NCBI RefSeq assembly: GCF_006345805.1
Contig: NC_043012.1
Coordinates: forward strand, 40,548,001 to 40,612,000
Reading direction: 5' to 3'
Origin: Octopus sinensis
Taxonomy: Eukaryota
Length of the DNA: 64,000 bases
In this document: positions 1 through 11,479 of the stretch, piece by piece
Layout: each line of letters opens with the position of its first letter
Position numbering within the stretch: the first letter of the stretch is position 1
Made by a program: the position numbers and the translations under genes
The notes under the pieces: model-generated
Told to the model about the DNA's origin: nothing
Databases searched by the model: none
What the model saw: the letters and a program-made list of their open reading frames with translations, nothing else

Positions 1-244
1 GGACTCTACTCCCAAGACTCTCCCAGGCAAAGTAGGCGGTGAAGGTGGGTGGATAGAGGGTTGTTAAATACTTATACAACTGATCGATTCAATCAGGATC
101 CTTAGCTACGGAAAAAAAATCCCATCGTGGGCCTAATTTGACAGCGAGGCTAAATTATTATAGAATTGCTTTAACTCTTTTATTTATTTCAGTCATTTGA
201 CTGTGGCCATGCTTGAGCACTGGCATAATATATATATATATATA

Positions 245-409
245 GGTGAGGGAGTGGCTGTGTAGTAAGTAGCTTGCTTCATATGGTTTCGGGTTCAGTC
301 CCACTGCGTAGCACCTTGGACAGGTGTCTTCTTTTATAGCGTCGGGCCGACCAAAGCCTTCTGAGTTAATTTGGTAGATGGAAACTGAAAGAAGCCCGTC
401 GTATATATG
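245..409 (+). mobile_element. tRNA-derived SINE family A, 5' half (split by LTR insertion)
   Basis: GGAGTGGCTGTGTAGTAAG (A-box-like) and GGGTTCAGTCCCACTGCG (B-box-like) head, then CACCTTGGACAGGTGTCTT CORE/V-like segment. Matches the intact copy at 5011-5422 up to AAGCCCGTCG(TA)n. Confidence 0.9.
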
Positions 410-998
410 TGTAACGAACTTAGTGAGTGAATATCTTCTCTTGTACTTTCGGGGTACAAGAAAGCAATCACTAGCCGTTGCTTTAATAATCCAGAATTCT
501 ACCAGTCAGAAACAACAAGACGCAAACGTAATATATATATAACTACTTTATTCTCTTATGGTGAGTGATCAGTGGTATATCTGATGTCCTTGGTTCTGGG
601 CGCGCAAGGCTGAAAGTTAATCGATTGTAATATTTACAATGTTCAGCCGCTAAAAACAGAACGGGTCAAAAATGGCGTCCGGAGGAAGAAGATGATGACT
701 GCAACAATTCAGGTTAAAAGTCTTCGGCCGACTGCTATCAAATACGGACAGAGAGAATATACGTGTAGTACCTTCGATAGCCATGTCCCAAGTCGCCGCT
801 GCTGCTGCTAGCGGTCAAACGTTCTACGACCCCCTTGCCTCGCTAACTGCTGCGTAGGCAATAGGGTTCTTCTTCCGGTGCTTCGCGCATGCGCGAGAGG
901 GCCCTTCCTTTCTGTGCCTTGGTGAAGGCACCAACACTCGCACGCGCGAAATAGAAAATGGACGGTGCGCGCGCGCGCACCGTTATAGGATCACTACA
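410..998 (-). mobile_element. Solo LTR (probably Gypsy-type)
   Basis: Starts TGTAACG, ends TCACTACA (TG...CA), with TATG on both sides (406-409, 999-1002). Interrupts a SINE whose halves rejoin exactly. CTTTATT near 546 is AATAAAG on the minus strand; orientation is inferred from this alone. Confidence 0.8.
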
Positions 999-1207
999 TA
1001 TGTATATGTATATATATGTGTGTGTGTGTGTGCGTTTGTATGTCTGTGTTTGTCCCCCCAGCATCGCCGGACAACTGATACTAGTGTGTTTACGTCTCCG
1101 TAACTTAGCGGTTCGGTAAAAGACACCGATAGAATAAGTACTAGGCTTACAAAGAATAGGGCCTGTAGTCGATGGCCGTAGTCAAATGACTGAAACAAGT
1201 AAAAGAT
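999..1207 (+). mobile_element. SINE family A, 3' half
   Basis: GTTTGTCCCCCAGCATCGC...TAGAATAAGTACTAGGCTTACAAAGAATA...GTCAAATGACTGAAACAAGTAAAAGA continues the 245-409 half. Confidence 0.9.
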
Positions 1208-1737
1208 ATATATATATAAATATATATATATATTGTAAGGTGGAGAGAAATGAATGATTGTAGCACACAATAGAAGACTTTCCTTGTCTTCTTTCTCGAT
1301 CCAGCAGCAGAACCCATCCAAAAGCTTTAGCAAATGGTTTTCTCGTCTGTTTCCAGTTTGTGGGTGTATGAGGAGCATCTAAGGCGATGGTGGTGGTGGT
1401 GGTGGGGAGACGGTGATTATGGATCGGGGTCAGACGAAACCGCGAAGAACAAAAACAGAAACAAGCGCAAAAACGAAAACAAAGAGAGAACAACAGTGAC
1501 GTCACCACCACCAACAACAACAACGACAACAACAAACTACATGAATTGATGCATGTCAAATGTTCGGGACGTTTGACTTTTTATAATGTCTTTTTTAAAG
1601 CAGTGATCACGTGATTGTTACTCTGCGGGAGCGAACGATTGAAAGAGAATCACACGCGCCACAACGTTCTCTTGTTTTAGCTATTAAGGCCACGCTTCAC
1701 CTCTGGCTTCTCTCTCTCACACACATCAAGTACGCGC

Positions 1738-1738
<1 letters not shown>

Positions 1739-1793
<55 letters not shown>

Positions 1794-1806
1794 TGTGTGT
1801 GTGTGT
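1739..1806. repeat. (AT)n followed by (GT)n microsatellite
   Basis: Direct reading. Representative of dozens of such tracts (e.g. 15990-16068, 23816-23905, 46503-46575) that are not all listed. Confidence 0.97.
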
Positions 1807-1874
1807 ATCTGTGTAAATGGTTATGTGAGTGTAAATGGCTATGCATGTGTTCAGCCTAGAAAGGATCATACATA

Positions 1875-2030
1875 TTCTTTTATTCTTTTACTTGTTTTTA
1901 GCCGAAGAAATCGACCCCAGGACTTATTCTTTGTGTGCCTAGTATTTATTCTGTCGTTCTCTTTTGTTGAACCGCTAGTTTACGGGGACGAAAACACACC
2001 TACGTCAGTTCTCAAGTGATGGTGCGGGGG
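1875..2030 (-). mobile_element. SINE family A, partial 3' part
   Basis: ATCGACCCCAGGACTTATTCTTTGT...GAACCGCTAGTTTACGGGGACG is the reverse complement of the family A 3' half. Confidence 0.8.
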
Positions 2031-2819
2031 GGAGGGGGGCAATCACGCATACTCATAGGTCCCTGTTGCCTGCCTTATTCTTCTTTTCACTTCCTCATTT
2101 GTGACACGATCTCTGTATGCTATTCCCCAAAAGACCCCCAACTAATCTCTGGTTCATTGTAGATCAATACCAATGCATCGATTAGGTCAATTAAGGTGTG
2201 ATGTGTGTTTTGTCATCACACACACACACGTTTCACTAATTTCGCTGCGACGCTAGCAATGGTAATTTGCTGATTCTATGAATCCCAGCATTTATTCTAG
2301 TGCAGAATTTATCGATATTTATTCGATGGAATGGCTAAGTTACCTTTTTGACCCAGCATCGGTTCTAAACTTTGTGTCAAATATCCACAGGTGACCAACA
2401 CGCATACTTACAAACATGCATACAAACGTGTGTGTAAATGTGTAATGGACCTCTGTGGTGTGTGGAGTCGGTTAAATAAACGGCATCGGAGGGATAAAAA
2501 TTAGTCGACTCCAAGAGGAATTGAACAGAGAATGTAATGTATATATAAATATGTGTGTTCGTTTGTATGTATGGGTGTGTATATATACATGTGTGTAGAT
2601 ATGTATGCGTTTATGTCTAATATATACACGAATGTGAGTATGAATGTTATATTTAAAATATTCATACATTCGTGTGCGCGCGTGCGTGTGTATATATAGG
2701 TTAAAGAAACAAAAAGTCGAAACCATTAAAGACAATATGTAATGTTTTCATTTGTTTTGAGTAGCTAACAATGATTTTATTATCTCATCTGTATCACGTG
2801 GTCACAGCAGGAAGTCTGA

Positions 2820-3446
2820 CAAGTGGATATGCGGTTTTTAAGAGGAAGCAGGTCTGGTCTTTTAAATCACCAGTTTCGCTCAGATTGAATACAAAGAACC
2901 AGCTTAGACAAACACATAGCAACGGGAATGGCATTGTCTGAGTCGAGTGGCACTCAATAGATCAGATTAAATTAACGATGTGCGTAATGTTGATTTTATA
3001 TACATACATACATATATATATATGCGAACACAGAACTGTGCAGGCTGTAATATTTGGTCTTGTACTCTTAAAATATTTCTGGCAACCATATTGGGAAGAA
3101 TAGAAAGCAACATAAATGCAAGAGTCAGTGAGGAGCAATTTGGATGCTGGGCCAACGGGGGTCAAGTGACGCCATCTTCTGCTTCAAAGGTCAGGCGTAA
3201 AAACAAATGCAAGCATGGAAAGATCTAGTTGCTTGCTTGCTTGCTTCATAGATTCTGTATGCCAACGTATTTCACTGTGAATGCCACAAAGCTCATCATC
3301 TCTTTAGAAAAGGCCGGATTAGAAGGAATAATCTGTAAGATAAATTGGAACTGAAAGACAGCCATGATATTAGACCAGGAATTGTCGGAACCAGCAGAAT
3401 TAAAAGGTGTAAGATAAGGATGTGTTTTATCACCACACCTGTTTAG
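2820..3446 (+). mobile_element. RTE-clade LINE reverse transcriptase relic, part 1
   Basis: Frameshifted translation gives TLKIFLATILGRIESNINARVSEEQFG, DAIFCFK, ACFID, then KGVR*GCVLSPHLF, matching the RTE GVRQGCVLSP motif. Confidence 0.85.
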
Positions 3447-3668
3447 CCCTTTCGTTACCGTATTTATTTTGAGATGCTCTCTGTTTCTTTCAATTAATTT
3501 TGAATATAACAAAGAATTTAGTTAAATAATTTAGTTATCATTAAGCTCGGGTTAAGAGCATAAATCGTGACTAAAGTTTGGTGGAAGATTTTAATTCAAA
3601 ACTTATGAAAACAAAACATTTGTACTACAGAACCAGAAGCGGTTTCAGCCGGGTTGATATCGAAAGGG
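3447..3668. mobile_element. piggyBac-type MITE
   Basis: TIRs CCCTTTCG (3447) and CGAAAGGG (3668), flanked by TTAG (3443-3446) and TTAA (3669-3672). The RT reading continues across it. Confidence 0.85.
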
Positions 3669-4085
3669 TTAATACCTATATTGAATATTTATTCAGAAAG
3701 TCAAATGAAATCAATAGACTCGCAGTTACAAACATGAACATATATAATTTTAAGATATGCTGGTGGTACAGCGTTGTTGGCAGACAGCAGAGAGAAATTA
3801 CGAGAACACGTTGATGTAAAAAAAAAAATAGCATAGTATAAAGGAAGGCCTGAGTATGAATGCACGAAAGAACAATGGTTATGAGTAAGACAGAATGAAA
3901 GGAAGCTGATATAAAGGTAGATGGACAGAAGCCTGAGCAAGGAGAACAAAAATAAAAAGCAAGAACTCAGGACAAAATGATAAACCGGGAACGTTGCCGT
4001 GAAGAAGTTACACAAAGAATAAAGAAGACTAAGAATAAAGATGGCTAAGAACAAAGATGGCTAAAGGAACATTTCAAAGAATGTA
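3669..4085 (+). mobile_element. RTE-clade LINE reverse transcriptase relic, part 2
   Basis: NTYIEYLFRKSNEIN...RYAGGTALLADSREKL (YADD decayed to YAGG), EGLSMNARK, IKVDGQKPEQ, MAKGTFQRM. Confidence 0.85.
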
Positions 4086-4376
4086 AACGATTATCACCTC
4101 AGAAGACAAGACTACATAGGGGTAGGTGGAGGGAGAATATATATTAAATTGATCCCTGCTATCGCCTCCCCCCGACACACACACCGAAACGCCTATTTAT
4201 GTGAATTTGGTTTGTGTGTGTTTACAGCTGGAATAGTTTGGCGTACATGTGTGTATAGGAGGGTGTTGAGGTGTAATAAAATAGTATTCATTATCATCAT
4301 CATCATCATCATTAACCTAATGAGTATAGTGAATTATTTTACATCTGTGGTGTGTACGTTTGTTTGATTGTGTGTG

Positions 4377-4413
<37 letters not shown>

Positions 4414-5010
4414 GGATATGAGGGTAGGTAATTGGGGATTCAAAAAGAAAATGAAGATGGGTGATTGGGTACGTGTGTGTGTGTATGTGTACTGACATGT
4501 ACACGTATGTACGTGTATGTACAAGTATTTCTCTGTGTGTGTATGTGTGTGTGTGGTTTTCGTTAGTATTAAAACACTTAAATGAGGAATGGTGAATGAC
4601 CTCCAGCTGGTTAATTAGATGACTGAGTGCGACTGCGTATAAATATACATGCATACACACACACACACACGTGAGATATAGGTGACATTTATAAGAATTC
4701 TTTGATAGACCGAGTGCTCAATATACAAGAATCTGATCTAGACAGAGTAAGTTCCAGGCTTTTAAAAAAATAGTGGAATCGGTAAGGTCGACTAAACTCT
4801 TCGAAGTGGTGCTCCAGTATGATCGCATTCCACAGACTGAAACATAAAAAAAAGATAAATACGTAATGAACAAACGCGCATGCGTGCACATAAATGCCCG
4901 GGGCCCAAAGAAGTCCGTGTCTGAAGTGGTCGATAAATTCCGATTCTCTTCAGCTTTTGGGACATTAATGTAAAAAAATAAATAATAATTCATATATTTT
5001 ATTTTATTTT

Positions 5011-5422
5011 GCAGGAGTGGCTGTGTGGTAAGTAGCTTGCTTACCAACCACATGGTTCCGGGTTCAGTCCCACTGCGTGGCACCTTGGGCAAGTGTCTTC
5101 CACTATAGCTTCGGGCCGACCAAAGTCTTGTGAGTGGATTTGGTAGACGGAAACAGAAAGAAGCCCGTCGTATATATGTATATATATATATATATGTGTG
5201 TATATATATATGTATGTTTGTGTGTCTGTGTTTGTCCCCCAACATCGCTTGATAACCGATGCTGGTGTGTTTACGTCCTCGTAACATAGCAGTCCGGCAA
5301 AAGAGACCGATAGAATAAGTACTAAACTCACAAAGAATAAGTACTGGAGTCGATTTGCTCGACTAAAGGCGGTGCTCCAGCATGGTCGCAGTCAAATGAC
5401 TGAAACAAGTAAAAGAGTAAGA
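5011..5422 (+). mobile_element. SINE family A, full length
   Basis: Complete head, CACCTTGGGCAAGTGTCTT core, internal (AT)n/(GT)n tract and ...GACTGAAACAAGTAAAAGAGTAA tail. Confidence 0.93.
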
Positions 5423-6140
5423 GTATAATTGACAATTTTTAAAGAGCTGCAATTAAAATTTTTTTTTATTGATGGTGTCCCCACCTAGCGACGAGGACAG
5501 CGACTAACCACAAACGTTTTTGCACTCTATCAGCAATTAGAATAAATGACGTAATATTCTCAACTGCTGCTACTGCTGCTGCTGCTGCTGATGCTGATGC
5601 TGACGATGATGATGATGATGATGATGATGATGTCTCCTGCCGAAACTTTTTAGTGAAGCATACATTTATTTATTTATTTATTTTCACTTTTAATTTGATT
5701 CCCTCTTAATTTCGTCTCTTAAACTCTAAAGTGCTAATTAATAATTACTCTTTCGGTTGCTGACTAACATTTAATACTCGCCTCTTTCTATTGCAGCAAT
5801 GAGAGAGTACTTGGCCTGATTCTTCTCTCATGAGGCCATTCCACGTGAGAGCCGACGTTTGATGTGAAAGCCAGACTGGGATGTGATTTCTCTCTGTTCT
5901 TTCATTTTTGTGCCTTATTTAATTATTCATTTGTTGGTTTTCTGAAACCACTTTGGGCACAGAAATGCGTTTAAATTCTTTGTTTTATTTTGATTGGCTT
6001 TTGTTTCTCATATTGACGCAATTCCACCACAGGAATTTGTTGCAGAAACCACACGGTCCATGAAATTGCTCGCATACAGTCCGTATATAGTCGACGAGAT
6101 CGTTCACACGCAGTCCGTATATGTATATTTCTTTATTGTC

Positions 6141-6358
6141 CACAGGGTGCTAAAAATAGAAGGGATAAACAAGGACAGACAAAGGGATCAAGTCGATTAC
6201 ATCGACCCCAATGCGTAACTGGTACTTATTTAATCGACCCCGAAAGGATGAAAGACAAAGTCGACCTCGGCGGAATTTGGACTCAGAACGTAACGGCAGA
6301 CGAAATACCACTAGGCACTTCGTCCTGTGCGCTAATGATTCTGCCAGCTCGCCGCCTT
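6141..6358 (-). mobile_element. SINE family B (GGCGGCGAGCTGGCAG head, Meta-like body), tail type 1
   Basis: Reverse complement reads GGCGGCGAGCTGGCAGAATC...GTCTTTCATCCTTTCGGGGTCGATTAAATAAGTACCAG...TTTGTCTGTCCTTGTTT. Confidence 0.92.
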
Positions 6359-7300
6359 CAGTCCATGTATAGCCGATATGATCGACCACTTTCAGTCCAT
6401 GTATAGCCAATATGATCGACCACATCCAGTCTATATGCAGTCGGTGTGTCAGGTCACCTGTGAGGTCTCCCCTGATTGCTACAGGTAACATAGACTCCAG
6501 GGAAACCTGTTGCATTGTTGAGTCGTCGGTGACGAAACTGGCAGCCCCACTAGGCTTGCCTGGACTAAAAACAAGACTTGTCAAAAGGACGGATGAATCT
6601 ACTGTAGGTACTACCATATCTAACAATAGCACGGTCCCTCGGAGATTCCGGGTTGGTGTCCGGCTTGCTGGAAGACCATTGAGAATGAAGGTACCTATTG
6701 GCTTTTGCTGAAGCATCATGTCTCTGGAACCCGCTTTCAACCGTGGCTACGTTTGCTCCGATAACCGGCGGTTAATTGGTCAGCGAATCCTCTGCGACAG
6801 ACGGTAGATGACGGCAAGATGAGCTGCTTGTGTATCACACTATCCCATAGTGTGCATGCATGTGACCAGGGGCCACATGTGAACATGCATTCCCACTGAA
6901 ACTCCGAACATGAACGCTGCACCTCAACAGCAAATGGCGACTACGCTACGCCGCGTCTATGGACTTCGACAGTGGAGCCGGGGGCGGGTGTCCATTACAG
7001 CCTCGACTGTGGCCGACCGTCGGGTGTGATCGGCATTGGTGAGGGACGTGGTGAACTCGTTGGACGGAGCCGCCTCGAGCCACCCTGGGTGAATACCCTC
7101 GCATCTACAAGTCCATATGTAGTTGACGGGATCGGCCTCATGCATTCCATATAGAGTCGAATCAAAGTAGGGTCCAGTGGCATTTGAACTGAAAACTACT
7201 TTGACCAAACAGCAGAAGACCTTTCGTTCGGGATTCCACTGGTTTCCGTCATGGACTCGCGTCCTTTTTTGCGTGTGTGACAGGAATAAAGGATAGAAAA
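6359..7300. other. Unassigned GC-richer, non-microsatellite segment (possible decayed TE interior)
   Basis: Balanced composition unlike the flanks; begins with a ~34-bp tandem duplication. No intact ORF recognised. Confidence 0.4.
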
Positions 7301-7454
7301 AAATGTCTCCATATGTCCGATGTCTCCATGTGCCAAATGTTTTCAAATATCGGTCTCCATGTGACGCCCACATATCTCATGCTTCCATGTGTCTTATGTC
7401 TACATGTTGCGGTGTTTGTGCTGTTGTTTGTCCGTAGCTCAACCGCCATCATGT

Positions 7455-7630
7455 AGACCTATTGATCAGAGGCCTCCCGACCATGACCATCCATTTCTAT
7501 GACAAATGGAACCTGGGCATATATGACGTCTTTTTCCTTAAAAGAAAAAGAGATAATAAAACGATGGTAGGTTGTGATTTGAAGGCGGTTTTACTTCTAT
7601 CTCTAGCAGATCGAGCGACCACATAAAATA
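7455..7630 (+). mobile_element. Dispersed repeat family E (CCAGCCATGACCA...GGCTGCTATTTCTAGCAG type)
   Basis: Related segments recur at ~28640-28800, 29520-29660, 46030-46110, 48005-48180 and 50260-50420. Confidence 0.6.
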
Positions 7631-7954
7631 GGCACGGGCAACCATTTTCGAGAAACGAGCCTCAGGAGACATGGAGCATCATAAGGCGGGTCTCACTAAT
7701 GAAAATTAATCAAAGTAATATTTCATTAAGCGTGCCACTCAGAAAGTCCTGCGGCCTGCAGTTTGTCCATGACTGACATTGAAGAAGCGTAGGGAGTTCT
7801 GTCAGGGCCTTTTATTTGCGAAATCTCTCCCTTGACGATCTCTGTAAAGAAAAGAAGAAAAAAAACAACGACCCCCCACGAAGAATTGATTTAATCCTTT
7901 TGGTCTTGGACTTGAACGTCCCCTCAATATAAGCGGCATATTTTCTTTTAATCT

Positions 7955-8295
7955 TTTGTTTCGGTCATTAGACCACGGCCATGCTGGGGCACCGCCTTGA
8001 AGAATTTGTAATCGAATCGACACCCAGTGCACTTTTTTTAACCGGTCTCTTTTGCCGAACTGCTATGTTACAGGGATGTAAACAAACCAACACTAGTTGC
8101 CAAGCATTGGTTGGACACACAGACACACACACGATAGGCTTCTTTTCAGTTTCCATCTACTGAATTCACTCACAAGGCTTTGATCAGCCTGAGGCTACAG
8201 TCAAGTTACACTCACCCAGGGTGCCACGCAGTGGGACTGAACCCAGAACCATGTGAATAGGAAGCAAATTTCCTACCACTCAGCTACGCCTGTGC
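7955..8295 (-). mobile_element. SINE family A
   Basis: CAGGGTGCCACGCAGTGGGACTGAACCCAGAACCATGTG and CCATGCTGGGGCACCGCC are reverse complements of family A head and tail. Confidence 0.88.
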
Positions 8296-8559
8296 CTCCG
8301 AATGGATTTGTAAAATTCCCTTTTTCTTGGCCCAGATGTGGGGAATTGCAGTTGCTTCTGTATCTGGAATTTACTCCACCCGCTGCAGAAGAGGCTACCC
8401 CGTTGGCTCGGCTTCGTACCGATCACTTATTTACTGACTATTGATTCTTCTCAGATCGATATCGATGAAGAATGGAGCTGTAGGAGATTGTGTAACGTAC
8501 CTAATAATACCAAATGTGAATGTGTGTGTGTGTGCTGGGGTATATGAATGATGTTGAAG

Positions 8560-8755
8560 CTGTCTTCATCCATACGTTCCCATCATCATCGCCGTCACCA
8601 CCACCACCACCACTACCAAAACCACAACCACCATCACCGCCATCACGACCATCACCATAACCACGACCACCACTACCACCAAGACCGCCTCCACCGCAAC
8701 CCACCGCAACCACCATCACCACCCTCGCCCCATCCCTCTCCTACCAGCACATCTA
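8560..8755. repeat. (CAC/CAT)n degenerate trinucleotide tract
   Basis: Direct reading; source of the His-rich and Gly-rich pseudo-ORFs. Confidence 0.9.
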
Positions 8756-9035
8756 TTTCTATCAAATTTCAGGAATAAACATCCCTGGCTCTATTGGTAA
8801 CCATAGTAACCGATGAGCGTGTTCCTGTTTATAGCCAATACACACTGCACGACTACGTATATCGGGAGTCAGTTTCAATAATAATGTACGTAGTGGTAGC
8901 AGTAGTAGTAACAGCAGTAGTTGTAGTGTAGTAGTAGTAGTAACAGCAGTAGTTGTAGTGTAGTAGTAGTAGTGGTGGAAGAAAGCAAAGATGTAAAGAA
9001 TACGGGAAATTAAAGGATCAATCTGTCATTTCCCG

Positions 9036-9076
<41 letters not shown>

Positions 9077-9199
9077 CTCTCTCTCTCCAGGAAGAATGTG
9101 TGTGTGTGTGTTTCGGATCGTAAGCGGCCGCAACTAATTCCAGTAAACCATTTTTGTCTGACACTTTACCGATTTTGCTAATCCACAATAATAATAGGA

Positions 9200-9412
9200 A
9201 TGGTTTCAAACTTTGCCACAAGGGCAGCTAGGGAGAGGTGGGGTGAGTGGATTGCATCGACCTCAGTGTTCAACTGGTACTTATTTTATCGACCCTGCAA
9301 AGATGAAACGTAAATTTGACCTCGGCGGAATTTGAACTCAGAACGCAGCGACGGGCGAAATACCGCTAAGCATTTCGTCCAGCGCGTTACCGATTCTGCC
9401 AGCTCGTCGCTT
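9200..9412 (-). mobile_element. SINE family B, tail type 2
   Basis: GACCTCGGCGGAATTTGAACTCAGAACG...CTGCCAGCTCGTCGC with a TTTCAAACTTTGCCACAAGG tail. Confidence 0.9.
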
Positions 9413-9419
9413 TAATAAT

Positions 9420-9785
9420 AGCAGGAGAACTTGGCGCAAACCTCCGCCAAGGCAACACCTACGTCCTCTCAACGATTAGCCACAGATGATTTTTGAAATG
9501 GGAATATTTGAAATAAATTCGACTGCTCTCACAAACGAGAATACTAAAGGTGAACTCGACCGCTCTCAAAAATTAAGTAAAAATACAAAAAAAATAATCC
9601 AGAATTCTTGTCCGGTACCGGATCGATCCCAAAATCTAATCAATTCGTGCCAGCCACAAGGCCAACTATCTCTGAAATTTTAATCCGAATCCATTCAGCG
9701 GTTCTTGAGAAATCTTGTTCACAGACAGACAAACAAACACGACAAAAAACAATACCTCCGCCTTCACTAAGGTTCTGGGTAATAA
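9420..9785 (+). mobile_element. Helentron/DINE-like non-autonomous element (HINE-like)
   Basis: AACCTCCGCCAAGG near the 5' end. ACAGACAGACAAACAAAC then AATACCTCCGCCTTCACTAAGG...GGTAATAA (decayed terminal stem-loop) near the 3' end. Confidence 0.5.
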
Positions 9786-10014
9786 CATTAATAATTATCA
9801 ACTGTATTAGTTACAAGAGACGGAGAAGATGTACAGAAAACGTTAAGCAAGAGACTTAGAAATCCGAGTGAGGAAGGATGGAGAAAAATGTACAAAGACA
9901 AGGAAAGATGTTATATAATTGGACGAATTAAAAATGTCTTAAAACATAAGTATTTTTACTGAACAAATAAATGAAAAGTACGATAAATCACAATAATTAA
10001 AACAGGCTGTCTAT

Positions 10015-11440
10015 TTAGAAATAAAAACGTCCCCTGGGAGTTGAACACGGAACTGCAAATTCCCATTTTAACTTCATATTTATTCCTTTCTTGTATTGTT
10101 CGCAGCTGTAGATTCTAAAATCTTGTGTGAGACGCTCTTGGGTTATTGTGAGCAAGCAATGACCGATATGCTCCTTATTTCGAGAAGCGGGCCACATGAG
10201 ACCTGAATCGTTATCAGGTGGGCTGCACTGCTACAAAAAGTAATTTTCTGTTAGTTTTTCCTCTCAGAAAATTCAGCGGACCACAGTTTGCATAAAAGTT
10301 TGTCGTAAAACCTATCCAAAGTTTACACTTCTCTTTTGTCCCATTTTGTTTCAAATCTGATCCTATTTCTTTTTCGATTAGTTCTTCAACTGGAAATTCC
10401 TTGTCTATTTGTTTGAGTTTTATCTTGTAAATTGCAGTGAGAGTGATTTCGTTGAAAGAGAAAGCTGGCTTTTCCTCACAATATGGGTTCTTCTTCAAAA
10501 GATAAAAGTTCTTCCTCAAGTAGAGTGTCTCCTCTTCACAGGAATACTCAACCACACACTTGTATGTCTTTTAAAAAAACTTGCCCCCTTTTTTTTTAGT
10601 AATGAAGTCTGCCAATTCCCTTTGCTCTCTGTCTGGTTCCTATCTTCATCAGTTGGTGGGGGTAGTACTGCTATGGAGAGAGATTTTCTGGTCGTTTAGA
10701 TGTTGCTATGGGAACTTCCTTTATTTTTGGTGTTTGTGGATAGAAGGGTTTGGGGGTGGGGGTCACATGATTTCCTCCTGGCAATGAAGACGGGGGATTT
10801 AGTCGTGACTCACGAGTTGTGTCTGGTGTCGCCTTGGAAACGATAACACCCCAACCCACGATATGCTATTGTTGCTTTAGTTGTTTTAGACTTTCTGTAA
10901 AGAAAATCCTTTAAAGAGCTTTTGCTGCTGCATGTGAAGCAACAAGGTCGCCTTCATGAGATGCTGCATTTAATCATCTTCCACTCGACAACACTTGTAT
11001 CCTCGACACAAGGCACAATTCTGATATTGTGGTCTTGTGGTCCTCATGACGTCTTCTGTATCAGTGGTGATCCCACCCGACCACATATCATTAAGTGTTA
11101 TATCTGCACTGATCCCTTGGTCGTATTGTACCATGAAGGTGACCCCTAGCCAAGGGTCGACATCGTACCTAATGACCCTGACAATGGCCCTTATTTTCCT
11201 CCTTTCTAGATGCAACAGAATCATCATATGGGCAGGTGTGTGAACTCCTATTTAGGTTTGCACTCCTCCGCCTCGTTATGATTTTAAGTGTAACATATAG
11301 CATCATATGCCCCACCCTCCTCAATGAAGGATTTTTTAATTTAAAATATCTGCCAAGGTCGTTGCCATCTCGTCTTGGGATGAACCAAGAACGCTTTCTA
11401 TGTTCTTGGAAAACTACAAACAAGTTACTTTCTTCCTCTC
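10015..11440 (-). mobile_element. Decayed L1/Tx1-like LINE ORF1 region
   Basis: Broken frames (VTLKIITRRRSANL; KIRAIVRVIRYDVDPWLGVTF...GGITT...ALCRG; KEFPVEELIEKE...TNFYANCGPLNF; CSTPRGRFYF) resemble ORF1 of octopus L1/Tx1-like elements as recalled. No intact zinc knuckle seen. Confidence 0.5.
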
Positions 11441-11479
11441 ACGAAAAGAGACCAGAACGAAACAACAACAACAATATTA

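Noticed and set aside
5011-5085. tRNA-like sequences at SINE heads (also 49092, 52483, 62310)
   Set aside because: A/B-box-like motifs run directly into SINE bodies and no full cloverleaf is evident; not tRNA genes.
5780-5900. Splice-acceptor-like CTCTTTCTATTGCAG
   Set aside because: All three frames stop within about 40 nt and there is no good donor.
8320-8450. Acceptor-like TTTTTCTTGGCCCAG followed by short open frames
   Set aside because: No recognisable protein or convincing donor; at most a faint LINE-like remnant.
8548-8778. His-rich and Gly-rich ORFs
   Set aside because: Translation of a (CAC/CAT)n tract; no splice or domain support.
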